Below are positions 1 to 11,650 of a stretch of DNA of 64,000 nt, in pieces. This DNA is from Vicugna vicugna. Its lineage: Eukaryota. The position numbers were made by a program, and so were the translations under genes. The DNA lies in NCBI GenBank assembly GCA_013265495.1, contig MU059052.1, forward strand, positions 7,136,718-7,200,717. The letters run 5' to 3'. Each line of letters begins with the position of its first letter. Within the stretch, counting starts at the first letter, position 1. Below the pieces are notes generated by a model. That model saw only the letters and a program-made list of their open reading frames with translations. It ran no database searches and was not told the origin of the DNA.

Positions 1-292
1 CAACACTATGGATGACTGTAAAGAGGATTTTCGTATATTTCCAAACTAAATTTTATTAGACTTATTCATTTTCAGAATGAAGAAACGTTTTGTTCACTGA
101 AAAAAAAATATGTAAAACATTCATTTGAAGGCCAGTGAGTTCCTTTCTGTAGCTTAGCCCCAATGAGTCTTATGGAAAGAAGTTTTAAACTCATGAAAAT
201 TGAAGTTTACTCAGGAAATACCACTAGCGTTTTAATGAAAGTGCCACACATGCCCCTTCTGAAATTTAACACAGGGAATGAACCTTCCCACA

Positions 293-608
293 NNNNNNNN
301 NNNNNNNNNNNNNNNNNNNNNNNNNNNNNNNNNNNNNNNNNNNNNNNNNNNNNNNNNNNNNNNNNNNNNNNNNNNNNNNNNNNNNNNNNNNNNNNNNNNN
401 NNNNNNNNNNNNNNNNNNNNNNNNNNNNNNNNNNNNNNNNNNNNNNNNNNNNNNNNNNNNNNNNNNNNNNNNNNNNNNNNNNNNNNNNNNNNNNNNNNNN
501 NNNNNNNNNNNNNNNNNNNNNNNNNNNNNNNNNNNNNNNNNNNNNNNNNNNNNNNNNNNNNNNNNNNNNNNNNNNNNNNNNNNNNNNNNNNNNNNNNNNN
601 NNNNNNNN
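293..608. other. N block (316 nt), content unknown
   Basis: Run of N. No target-site duplication or poly-A remnant in the flanks. Confidence 0.95.
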
Positions 609-820
609 GGGAACGAGAAGAGGAAATCTTGAGGATGTGACTGTCGGTTTTTGATATGTCAGGTATAATTTTGTAGCTGTGATTTTTGGATTGCAGTACA
701 CACACAGCATTGTACTGATGTTTGTGTATCTCTTTATACTCATCATTTGTGATGACTGGAAAAGAAGAGAAGGCGGAGATGTTTTGATACAGGATTGAAA
801 CTTGAAACTACAGCCCTTCA

Positions 821-1002
821 NNNNNNNNNNNNNNNNNNNNNNNNNNNNNNNNNNNNNNNNNNNNNNNNNNNNNNNNNNNNNNNNNNNNNNNNNNNNNNNN
901 NNNNNNNNNNNNNNNNNNNNNNNNNNNNNNNNNNNNNNNNNNNNNNNNNNNNNNNNNNNNNNNNNNNNNNNNNNNNNNNNNNNNNNNNNNNNNNNNNNNN
1001 NN
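821..1002. other. N block (182 nt), content unknown
   Basis: Run of N. Flanks cttca[N]taagaa fit exon +/-1 nt on either strand but prove nothing. Confidence 0.95.
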
Positions 1003-1205
1003 TAAGAAGATCAAACACTTGTCAACAACAACTGTTTGTCCTTCTATGGCCATCATAGGATTATTAAGACAGCGACATCTCTTCATAGTTGGTACATTTT
1101 GCCGAGATTGTAGTGTGTAATGTTCCAATTAGTTTAACAGGGTGTATTCTGCTGGGATGAATATAGTCTTCCTTAATTGCTCTTGGCTGCTTCCTGAAAT
1201 AAAAG

Positions 1206-1252
1206 AGTACCGTCCTGGTACAAACATGTCGGTCACTGTGAAATTCAGAATG
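1206..1252 (+). CDS. Candidate 47-nt coding exon, (E)YRPGTNMSVTVKFRM, unassigned
   Basis: Upstream ttgctcttggctgcttcctgaaataaaAG, strong donor ATG|GTAAGC at 1253, two CpGs, open frame. No protein recognised. Confidence 0.2.
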
Positions 1253-3120
1253 GTAAGCTTCCTTTTAAGTCATCAAAAATAACATGGAAACAGGTATTTC
1301 CAAAAGCTGAGGCAAAGCAGTTTATTTTTACAATGTTTGAACTGAGAATGCAACAAAACTGTAAAGTAAAAGAACTGAGCAAAACTTTTTTTTGGTTATG
1401 ATTTTATGCCACTTGCCAAATAACCAGTTTGATGTTTCTCTCTGTTGGTTTTTGTGACTAGACCAGGCAACTGTGTGTACTTAGATTTTGTACTATATCA
1501 TACAATTCTTGGCGAAAATTCTCATTTTTGACCAAAGCTGAGTGACTGTTTACTTTTTTTTTTTTTTCTGTTTAAACTCCTGCAGACATCAAGCTCGTAC
1601 TGAATGCCTAAGAGTCTTGGTCCATATTCAGCTCAGACTGGGAAGTTCATCTTCATGAGGTCTAGAGTCAACAGTGCCTTTCAGAGTTTGTGGTGACTGG
1701 TGCTTTGCAGCATTTCTTGAAGTTCCTTTTGGCTTAGTATCTTTTAGCCCTAATTGCCCTCAGTTGCTCCATGAGGTCCTAAAGAGCGAGAGCCTGGGAG
1801 AAATTTAGTCACCATGTGGGTAAAAAGGAACAGAAATCAAAAAAGAGGAAGAAAATTTGAAGAAGACAGACTTGGGTAGAGAAATGAAGCCCTAAAATAT
1901 AAAGATGTAAAGTTTCAGATGAACAATATACCTCTCTCATACCTTCAGGGATTTGATGTGGTTTTATTTTTTTAAGTGAGATTTGTAAGCCTTCATATGC
2001 CAGACAGAACCACTTGAGGAAAGCAAGTTAAACATATAAAATTTGGTGCATATAAATGAATAAAATGACATCATATTTATATAGAGCCCTTGACAAACTA
2101 ACCTAATCTACGTGCCTATTGTAACTGCAGGTAAGTCTGAATTTGTCCAAGGGGTTCTACATAATGGCTGGTTTCCAGAGACTAAAAGACAAAACAAAAC
2201 AAACACCAGCCAGTCAAAATGTAAAGGTAACTGTTTAACCTAACCAGTTAGCTTGACTGAATTGGAATGAACTCAGTAGTCTTCTCAACCTACTTTTTCT
2301 TATTAGTATTTATGATTTAAATTGTGTTCAACTTTCTGAAAATGATAAATGCATGTCATGCTAAAAGGCTTACAACCCACAAGCCAACAGTCCTTACTAT
2401 GACCCTTAGTTATTCAGCTCTGTAAAGACAACCGCTTTCAGTGCCTTTAAGGTAATTCTTCTGAAACAGACATACATTATACATATTCTACATATATATC
2501 ATATACATATGAGTATCAGAATGTATCTATGATACATAATACCAGAATACATATATTTAAACCCATCTCCAAATATAGTATATATCCCTTTCTTAATAGT
2601 TACAGAAATAGTATATTGTTTTGGAAGTAGAGAATTTACCTCTCTCTTATGATCTCTCCCAGTTACATTATAATTTTCTGGTTAAGGTAACAGTCAGTAT
2701 TTATATAACTACTGTTACATATATATTTTTCACTTCTGGGCCAAAAAATGAATTATGATTATAATTCTTTTCTAATAAAGCTTTTTATTTTTTCCTGGAA
2801 TTAATACTGAATTGTTATTCCCTTGCTTCTTTTTCTATGTAACTATTTTTCATTTATATTTGGTATGAGGTAGTTTTCAAAATAAATTTATTAAAATAAA
2901 TGCTCCCAAAATATGTTTTTAATTCTGTATTTTGTATCTCTTAAGTTTATGTTCTATTTTTTTCCCTCTCCTATAGTGTTTGTCTTATTTTTCCCCTTTG
3001 GGAATTTATTTCCTCCAGAGAAGAATGGTCTGTACATTTGGGGGTGGGTGGGAGGGGGTATGTGGGTGGAAGGCTGGCTGCAGGCAGGACACGGGGGTGG
3101 GGGGAGCCGGAGTGGCTTAC

Positions 3121-3231
3121 CTTGCATCGTGTGCACCCCTGCCTTATCTCTACCCTCCAAACTGCCTCATGTCCTGGACTCTAACATTTCTGGTGCTTTT
3201 TTTGTCCCCCAGAGACTAAAGCCCTGGTCTT
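3121..3231 (-). other. Candidate 111-nt non-coding or cryptic exon
   Basis: Minus strand: ctactccccctaccgaccttcccttAG acceptor and consensus donor AAG|GTAAGC. All three frames contain stops. Confidence 0.25.
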
Positions 3232-3929
3232 CTAAGGGAAGGTCGGTAGGGGGAGTAGCCTGGGGGTGTGCCACGCATATCCCCCTGTTCTCTCCACACG
3301 GCAGCAAGCCCACTTTTCATATTTCCTTGCTATATGTTAGGCTACAGAAGCTCTGGTAGGCACTTTACTAGGGAAAAGGTTTAGTTGTCTCAAAAGTTAT
3401 TCCTCTTTTTTCATAAGATAATTGGAATTGCATTTTGAGGTAAAACTTTATTGAAAGCTTTATGACTGACCAGGTGCATTAAACTAAATACTTTCCCTTC
3501 ACCTACTAATTTTGTAATTTTGTTAAAGAAAAGAGGACTTCAGTTTTTTGAGTGACTTTTTCTCCCTATAATATCCCTGCTGCTTATTGCTCTGCTTCTA
3601 TTATCCTATATAGGCTAGAGGTTTTTTTTTTTTCCCCACCCCAGGGACCTCACAATAGACTTGCCAAATTGTAATTATCATGGCCAATCTTTTTCTTCTG
3701 ACAAATAAAATCTCCATGTTTTATTTTATCCCATTTTTCTGGAGCTACTTAGTTTAGCCTAAGTTTTCAAAAGTAATCACTAGTCTTTTTGAATCTTGGG
3801 AGTGTATTTCTTTAGACCTTGTAATGTGCATAGTGTCAAACCATTTAAAGCTATGTTAATTGTTTCTTAGAAAGACTATTTCAAATAACCACATGGGGAA
3901 AAAAAAGTGAAAATGACTATTTGTATCAA

Positions 3930-4150
3930 CTGAGGACCTCAATGAGAGTTGTTAAAGGGTTGAGAAGTAGGAGCTATAAAGGAAAGTTTAAGCAAAGGAA
4001 CAGGATTACTTAGCCAAGGGAAAGGTCTAGCAGTATCCACAGTTCAAGAAAAATATAGAAAAATAATGACCCGCTGTTCTCTAGATCTAAAGACATAAGA
4101 GGAGGAATTAAGCTTAAAGTGAAACGTGGAAATTATGAAACTTTTTAAGA
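3930..4150 (+). mobile_element. L3/CR1 LINE 3' fragment
   Basis: gttgttaaagggttgagaagtaggagctataaaggaaagtttaag...gacccgctgttctc...aagaggaggaattaagcttaaa resembles the L3 3' consensus. Confidence 0.6.
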
Positions 4151-4849
4151 TGCTCTAACCCTGACTTTCACGAACACTCTATAAAAAGGAATGAATGCAC
4201 AGGTTAAGGCAAACTAGATACTTAGGTTAAAAAGACATGAGTCTCATCTCAACAATCCGAACAACTAAACGGCAGTTTTGAACCCTAAGATTCCCTCCAC
4301 AAAGACCATAATGACCTTCATTTATTCAGATACATCAAATTCAGAATAAACTGTAAAAGGGACTGATTTATTCAACTGGTTTGATAAAAGTATGTCATTA
4401 ATATTCATCTCTATTTTTAATAATACAAGAAAAAACCTAGGTACACCTGAAACTAACATAACATTGGAAATCAACTAGACTTCAATTCAAAACTAAAGAA
4501 GGATTTATAATCTGAAAAAAAAATCTAGGGAAATGATGTGCATGTGTGTGTGTGAGGGACCCTCTGAGGGAAGCACATAGATTATGTAGGTTCAGAGAGC
4601 CCCATCACCATGTATCGCTTGCCTTCTTGAGATACCTGTTTAACCTAGTGACTTCTGTAGGGAAACGTTAGCTTTCAGTCTCACTTGCATCTACACCAGA
4701 GGGCTCCTTCAGTATCCCCTCTTCCAAACACATGGTATCCAGGATAGCTGGATACCAGAGCAAAGGACGACTTGGCTTACTGCCCTTCACACATTATTTT
4801 CCCTGAAACACAATTCTAAAGCTGTAGAGTTTTTCACTAGTTTTTCCAT

Positions 4850-4988
4850 ATACATACACATAATTCATTCCTTTAAAGTGTACAGTTCAGAGATTTTTAG
4901 TACATTTACAGAGTTGCACGACCATCACCATAATCTACTTCTAGAACATTCTATTATTGCAAAAAGAAACCCAATAATTCCCCTCTAT
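4850..4988 (-). mobile_element. L1M (L1MB-like) 3' end
   Basis: tttaaagtgtacagttcag...acatttacagagttgcacgaccatcacc...aaaaagaaaccc is the typical antisense L1MB 3' UTR. Confidence 0.75.
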
Positions 4989-5399
4989 TCTAAGTATTCT
5001 AAAGAAGGAGTTTTCATGAAGTTCTTTAGTTTCATCACAAATAACTATTTTTATAGGTGTATCTCCTTTAAAAAACTGAGCATTGTCTTTCAAGTTGGCA
5101 ACGTGAACTTGGCAAGAAATATAATTAAGCCGATAGCTGAATTTATACATTTGTTAGCCTCACATCTAACACAAATTAGGACCAAAACTCATCCCACTGC
5201 AACAGATTAGATATGGAGTTGTTATATGAAAGATGAGACTGTGATTGCTAAGCATTTGACTATTTATATATAATTAGATTCGTATTAAATGAAGTAAGTC
5301 AAAGCACATTCAAAAAGAGATTCAGGTAAAAGGATGGATGACCTGTTCTGGTTTTTCTCCAAGCAAAGCTGTAACGTAAGAACAAATTCCTTTGGGCTC

Positions 5400-6060
5400 T
5401 CTTCTTTCCCACTCTGTTAGGATACAGTGGCTGTAACAAACACATCTAGAAACCCAGGGGCTGAAACAGAACAGTCCTGCCAGGGGTAGGCCATCCAAAG
5501 GGCTTACACACATCCATGTTAAGAAGTCAGCCAGGACCCAGGTGTTGTCCACCATTGCCTAGAGGATTTCATGAAAGCTGGCTGCTATGGACAGACTTAT
5601 CCCTCCCCAAATCCACATTTTGAAGCTCTAAACCCTGATGAGACTGTCTTTGGAAACTGGGCCTATAAGGAGAGAATAAAGGTTAAATGAAATGAGATCT
5701 CATTCTCTCTCTCTCTCTCTGCACAGAGGAAGGACCATGTGAGGACCCAGAGAGAGGGCAGCCGTACACAAGCCAGGAGGAGAAGCCTCACCACAAGCCA
5801 ACCCCAACTACACCTTGATCTTTAACTTCTAGCTTCCAGAACTGTATTTCTGTTGTTTAAGGCATCCAGCCCATGGTATTTTGTTATGGCAGCCCTAGCA
5901 GACAAAGATTACCAGCACCAGGCCCTCATTCTTGCTCACAGGAAGGAGAAAAGAGACAAAGTGGAAAGTAAAAAGCTGCCTTTAAAGGGTATGACGTAGA
6001 CATTGCAATTACCTCTGCTCACTTTTCATTGTTCAGAATCTAGACACGTGGGCCTAACTA
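5400..6060 (-). mobile_element. Old MaLR LTR (MLT1J/K-like), split by a younger MLT1
   Basis: tgttaggatac...gctgtaacaaac start, ccaggacccagg, and ctcacttttcattgttcagaatctagacacgtgggcctaactacagg 3' of the insertion. Confidence 0.45.
5583..5909 (+). mobile_element. MaLR solo LTR (MLT1A/B-like)
   Basis: tgctatggac...ccaaatccacattttgaagctctaa start and ccatggtattttgttatggcagccctagca end. Confidence 0.85.
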
Positions 6061-7256
6061 CAGGCAACGTGGGAAAGTATCTAGCAGGTTGACACATTCC
6101 CTGCTAAAACTCTGTGTGTGTATGTAACTAAAAAATGTATACAGGGGACTCAGTAGTCTCTGTAACAATCAATCTTTCTTCCAGTTTTAGCATCTCTTTC
6201 TAGGTACCTCTTGGCTACTCAACATCTTCCCAACAAATGACTATAGATTTGGCCTGTTGATGGCACCCCATGCTATAAACTTTGATCTAGCTTTTCAAAA
6301 CAAAGTTTTGTAAGCATGTTTCTTTCCTAGGCTCTATGTTCTTAGAGAGTTCTGATCTTACTAATTTATACTGAAATATTGGTGGGTAATAAGTGTGTGG
6401 TACTGGTTGATGGTGCTTAGAGATTTGCATGCCTTTCATCATGAGCTAGCTTGTGTCTCTGTTTGCATACAGAAGAATTAGCTCCAGTCTTTAGCTGGTT
6501 GTGCTGTTGGGAGGTGAGGGGGAAGAGTGCTCAGAGCATTACAATGAATGAGTGATTTCCCAATCTGTGCCTATATTCCTCCCCTCTAAAGGCTGCTTTC
6601 TATTGTACTGTTAGTGAAGGGCCAAGGTTCAGGGAACCACGTTTGAACTGCTGATTCACTTGCAATATTGCCCTGATCTCAGATACCCTCAGACTGTGTT
6701 GGCTCCTTGCCTGTCTGTTCACGCTTTGGGATTCTTTTGTGGTCATTGTACTCCTAGTGGACAAGTGAAAACATCTAGCACATAGCAGATATAAATGAAG
6801 AGAGGACATTCAGAACTGATGATCTTTAATTAAAAGCATAACACCTCCAGGATCACGTCTTAGGACCACAGAACACATAGTATTTTGATAATGAAATTCA
6901 GCTGGTACTTCTTTCTGTAATGGGCCTTCTTGGAGAGAAGCCAAATGGATTTAAGTTGTACCAAATTTGATCACGTACCAGGAGGTATTATCATTAAGCT
7001 TTAAACATACAATTTAGCTTATGAATTTCTACCTGGAGAGCCAGAATTAAGTTAATTTTATGAGGGTCAAAGAGCGACTGTAGTATGTGTGTGAAGGGGC
7101 TCGGAATGGATTTCCGCTTCCCCGTCATCAAGTATGTCATCAGTGATGGTGCTCAAGCTTCCTAACCTGTGGGATGAGGAGCAGAAGGTAATTCCAGGAG
7201 CTGGTGAGGGCAGAGAACTACTGGACTAGACTTTATCTCCTGACAGCTTCTCTCTC

Positions 7257-7565
7257 TGACAGCAGTAGCCTAGCAAAGTTTTTCTGTAAATGCCAATATC
7301 TTACTGTTCTGTTAATAGTAGATATTTTAGGCTTTGTAGACCATAAGGTCACTGTTACAACAACTCAACTCTGCCTTTGTAGTGAGAAAACTGTCACAGA
7401 CGAAATGTGAATGAATGAAGATGTGTGCCAATAAAACTTTATTTGTATGCACTAGAAGCTGAATTTCCTGTAATTTTAGTATGTCATGAAATACTATTCT
7501 TTCTTTGGTTTTGGTTTTCAGCCATTCACAAAAGTAAAAACCATCTTTGCTCACAGGGTAAAGCC
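7257..7565 (+). mobile_element. MER58B-like hAT-Charlie element
   Basis: gatattttaggctttgtagaccataaggtcactgttacaacaactcaactctgcc...ccaataaaactttattt...gtcatgaaatactattc. Confidence 0.85.
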
Positions 7566-7587
7566 AGCTCCTGGCTCGGTTTCTTCT

Positions 7588-7703
7588 TCATTGAACAAGT
7601 AATTATTGAGCGACTCCATATGCCAAGCACTGTTCTCAGTGGTAGGAATGCTATAGTCAACAAAGAGAAAAAACTCCCTGCCCCTACAGAGCTTACATTC
7701 TAG
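7588..7703 (-). mobile_element. L2 LINE 3' end
   Basis: ttcattgaacaagtaattattgagcgactccatatgccaagcactgttct...ccctgcccctacagagcttacattctag. Confidence 0.8.
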
Positions 7704-8834
7704 ATTCATCTAGAATCCACTAGATTCATTGCTTAAAGAGTCCCTGTAGTTACGATGGGTGTCAGTGTGTGACCCTGTTACAAGACTTCATGTTCAAATA
7801 CTCACTGAGCCACTAAGTAAAGGAAGTTACCATTCTGCAAGTTCCATCTCAAGTATCTTCTTTGAACATCCCTTTATTATACTCCTTCTTGCCTTATGTT
7901 ACATCTCATTCATCTCATCTCATCCCACCACAGCACCTAGCACAGGACAGACATTCAGTCCCACAGTTACTTGAATCTAAGACGCTATTAGCCGTTAGCA
8001 TTATTTTAGGTACTAAGGGAAAAAGAAAGTTGCCAATGAACTCTAGGATGGTCACAACTGTGAGAGGCACCTACATTGCAGAGATGTTGTAATGTGAAAA
8101 AAAAAAACACGAAGCAGACTCCTTGAAACAGGGTGAATGTTTCCTAAATAAATTATGTCTGTATGCCGATTCATTCTGAAAAATGTATAATATTAATTTC
8201 TAATGTGGAACAGGAAGAGTAAAAACTGTAACTAAGGGCCAGGTGAAAAACATCACGTGGCGGCGGCTGCCTGCCTTCTGGGGACTCTGCAGACTTTGTG
8301 CGGGTGATGCTCCCTCCCTCCTAAGAGGCCTCGCTTGCTTTCCTGAAGGTTCCAGGGCTGCCTCCTAGGCAGCCTTGCCTCCTTCTTGCCAGTCTGGTGG
8401 TGAGTGGTGCAGAAACTGTTTAATTAATGGTGAACTTCTCAAAGTTGAAATGCAAACAATTACAGCTCAATTTTACTTTCAGCTTCACTGTCGTCATTTT
8501 CATCCTCTCCTCCCTCCCCATTAGATGACTCTGTTTCACAGTCTGTAAAGCTGGCTAATGGCTCTGCTTGCTTGTGAAAGAAAGGGCATTGTTTCTCTCT
8601 CCTGCAATTAAAAGCAGCAGAGAGACAAAGCCAGAGCTCTCCTGCTAAACATCTCCATAGAAGTCCTTCCAAAAGGTGGACACCTCACTTTTCTCTAGAT
8701 GGAGAATGGTTTATTCTTTCCAGAAAGGATCATGGCTCCCCCATCTCAACTGTTTGCACACAACACTCTGAGAAAGTTCATAGCATACATCTGATATGTA
8801 AGTGAAGTGATCTGTAGCACTGCTAATTAGACCT

Positions 8835-9142
8835 NNNNNNNNNNNNNNNNNNNNNNNNNNNNNNNNNNNNNNNNNNNNNNNNNNNNNNNNNNNNNNNNNN
8901 NNNNNNNNNNNNNNNNNNNNNNNNNNNNNNNNNNNNNNNNNNNNNNNNNNNNNNNNNNNNNNNNNNNNNNNNNNNNNNNNNNNNNNNNNNNNNNNNNNNN
9001 NNNNNNNNNNNNNNNNNNNNNNNNNNNNNNNNNNNNNNNNNNNNNNNNNNNNNNNNNNNNNNNNNNNNNNNNNNNNNNNNNNNNNNNNNNNNNNNNNNNN
9101 NNNNNNNNNNNNNNNNNNNNNNNNNNNNNNNNNNNNNNNNNN
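8835..9142. other. N block (308 nt), content unknown
   Basis: Run of N, no target-site duplication. Confidence 0.95.
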
Positions 9143-9784
9143 TCTGTTTATCATGAATAAAACAAATGACACATACTAGACTTCAAATGCAGAGTCATTG
9201 CAACTTCAAATATTTTTAGCATTAATAATTATCCCAACAACTGTTTGTGTGAATACATTTTCGAACAATCCAGCAACAAACTGTTTGCTCACATGCTGTA
9301 TTTATCTCTTACAACATTTTTAAAAATTTTGAACTGAGAGCCAGGAGCAGTGTAGTTTATTTTATGCACTGACTGGGTGAAGATAATTGTACACTGTAAA
9401 GATTCAAATTTTCCCTTCCCCAGGGAGTTCTGTTTAAATGGACTTTGTAATTAAGGGGATAAAATATTACACAGTCTTCTTACTTTATAGAATGGAACAT
9501 GTTGGTGGGCATCATTCCTAGTATTACAAGGCTAGAATCATTTCAACAGTTTTATTCAGTTTGTTCCTATAACAGAGACAAATTTGAAAGAAAATGTACT
9601 TCTGTAAAAAAAAAAAAAAAGGAAGAAGGGGAAGGAGAAAGAAACATAGGATAATGTATAAAATCGTTAGTAATTTATTTCTATGGAGTTTTATTCACTT
9701 CTATAGTGTCCCCATAGTATATGCATATTAATATAAACCAAAGTTGAATTGGAATGCCTTGACATCCCAGATAAAATGAGAATA

Positions 9785-9870
9785 TTTTTATTTATTTTTA
9801 TATTGACATGTAGTTGATTTACAATATTGTTAGTTTCAAGTGTACAGCAAAGTAACTGGTATATGTGTGT
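9785..9870 (-). mobile_element. Short L1 3' terminus, cetartiodactyl type
   Basis: T-rich tail then gtagttgatttacaatattgttagtttcaagtgtacagcaaagt. Confidence 0.7.
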
Positions 9871-10010
9871 GTTACTATATATACTACATACTATACTATA
9901 TATACTATATACATACTATACATACTACATATTTATATATACTGTATAGTGTGCATATATACCATATATTATAGTATACAACCATATATACCATAAATAT
10001 ATATAATATT
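9871..10010. repeat. Degenerate (TA/TATAC)n low-complexity tract
   Basis: tactatatatactacatactatactatatatactatatacatactatacatactacatat... Confidence 0.9.
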
Positions 10011-10242
10011 TTCTTTTAAGGAGGGAAAGTCATAAAAGCTTCTTCTAAGAAAGACTGAAGACTTAATACCAAAGCCAGTGCATTCTCACCTCCTCTCATA
10101 CCTTTTTTATCCCATAGTGACCAAAATATCTGTCCTGTTCATGACCATTTTTCCTGGATTTTGCCAGGCAGCAAATGTAGTTGATAAATTATTTAAACTA
10201 CGGCTCTAAAGATAATGTAAGTGTCCATAAACTCAGAATACA

Positions 10243-10437
10243 AGACCTGAATTTGAATCCTGTCTCTACCACTTGACAGCAGTGGGAATGTACGAGTTAT
10301 TCAACGTCGCTGCAAAATGCCGTCTCCTCCTCCAAAGCAGAGAGAACACCACCTCCTTTGCAGGCTGACGTGAGGATTTATAGAGAGCGTCGCAGCTCCT
10401 AGGCCTAGTTGGTAGGAGGTACCCGGCTAATGCTAAT
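10243..10437 (+). mobile_element. MIR SINE, unusually CpG-rich
   Basis: agacctgaatttgaatcctgtctctaccactt...gtgaggattta...ctaatgctaa is colinear with the MIR consensus. Confidence 0.75.
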
Positions 10438-11499
10438 TCTTTCCTCCTCTTCTACTTCCCCAACATACTACTTCCCTCTTAGCATGCACAGGCGAAGCCT
10501 TAACCAGAGGGGATTTACCGGGCTTTCAGTGGGAGACAGGAGGAGACTTTCCGGGGACCTCTCAACCTTACCGCAGTCAACTGTTTCCTATTTGTCTTGT
10601 ATAAAACCTTCTTTGTCTCAAACTACAATTCTTGCTTAGCTTAATCATGGTACACACACTGCTTAAAGGCACAAACCTTGTGATTGTACTAGTGAAATAA
10701 CCATGCCATGGTTTTCACTGGAACACTTAATATGACCTGTGTAATGCAGTAATAAATTAAAACACTGGATCAAACACCATGTTCAACTGGCAAACCTGAT
10801 AATTGAGGTTATTTGACCTCGTGGCAGTGACTGTTTTGAACTCTTACAGTCATACATTTTTGGCTAAGCAATCAGCCAAAGCCCTTCTTCAGGGCTTTAT
10901 GGAGACATCCTTGGATTCTGAAGGAAAAGCATCTCATATTGCTGCTTAGGAGGTGATGGTGTGAGTGTGGTTAATGGCAGAAATAGAATGTAGAGGAAAG
11001 TGTTCTTTGGCACAAACCACTTTGTCTCAACCTTTCACTGGGAAATGTTCTCACCTCCCGACCTGACACCCTCGTGTTGCACTGGGACTCCTACTTTTCC
11101 CTTCCATCCTCCTGGCGATGGGCCATCTTCCTGCTCTCTTTCAAAGTTTGACTCATCTAGATTAACTTGCAAATGACTATTCAGATTATTCAAGCATCTA
11201 AATTTTTTTCTCCTTTAATCAATTTTTTAGACTGAGATTTCAATCAAATATCCACCAGAAAATCAGAACTACAAACAAAGCAAAAATGAAACAAAGCATA
11301 ACAAATACCTGAATTTAGTCCTGCCAATAATCTCCTTTGCCTGATGATACCTTTAGTACAATTATCATTTGTATTAAAGAAAGTAATGTAGGCATTTATG
11401 ATATTGAGACAATTTAAAAAGTACAATTATATTCAATAGCAGCATTTCCCAAGTCAGGATAGTAGATATTTCAGACAGTTTTCCATCAAATTAAACCAA

Positions 11500-11650
11500 A
11501 ATAGTTATTGAACTTCATCCTGTCTCAGTCTCCTCATCTGTAAAGTGGAGACAAAACTAGTAAATATCTCATAAGATGATTTGGAAGACTAAGTAAAGTT
11601 GTAAAATGTTTAGAACAGTGTCTGGCAATAGGTGCTTAATAATTATTTTC
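11500..11650 (+). mobile_element. MIR SINE
   Basis: ctcagtctcctcatctgtaaagtggaga...gtttagaacagtgtctggca...ggtgcttaataa. Confidence 0.8.

Noticed and set aside
1587-1660. Strong plus-strand acceptor after a T14 run
   Set aside because: All frames close within about 75 nt and there is no good donor; a poly-T run alone creates such sites.
10476-10490. cttagcatgcac as a camelid tRNA-derived SINE fragment
   Set aside because: Only 12 nt match and the flanks do not continue the SINE.
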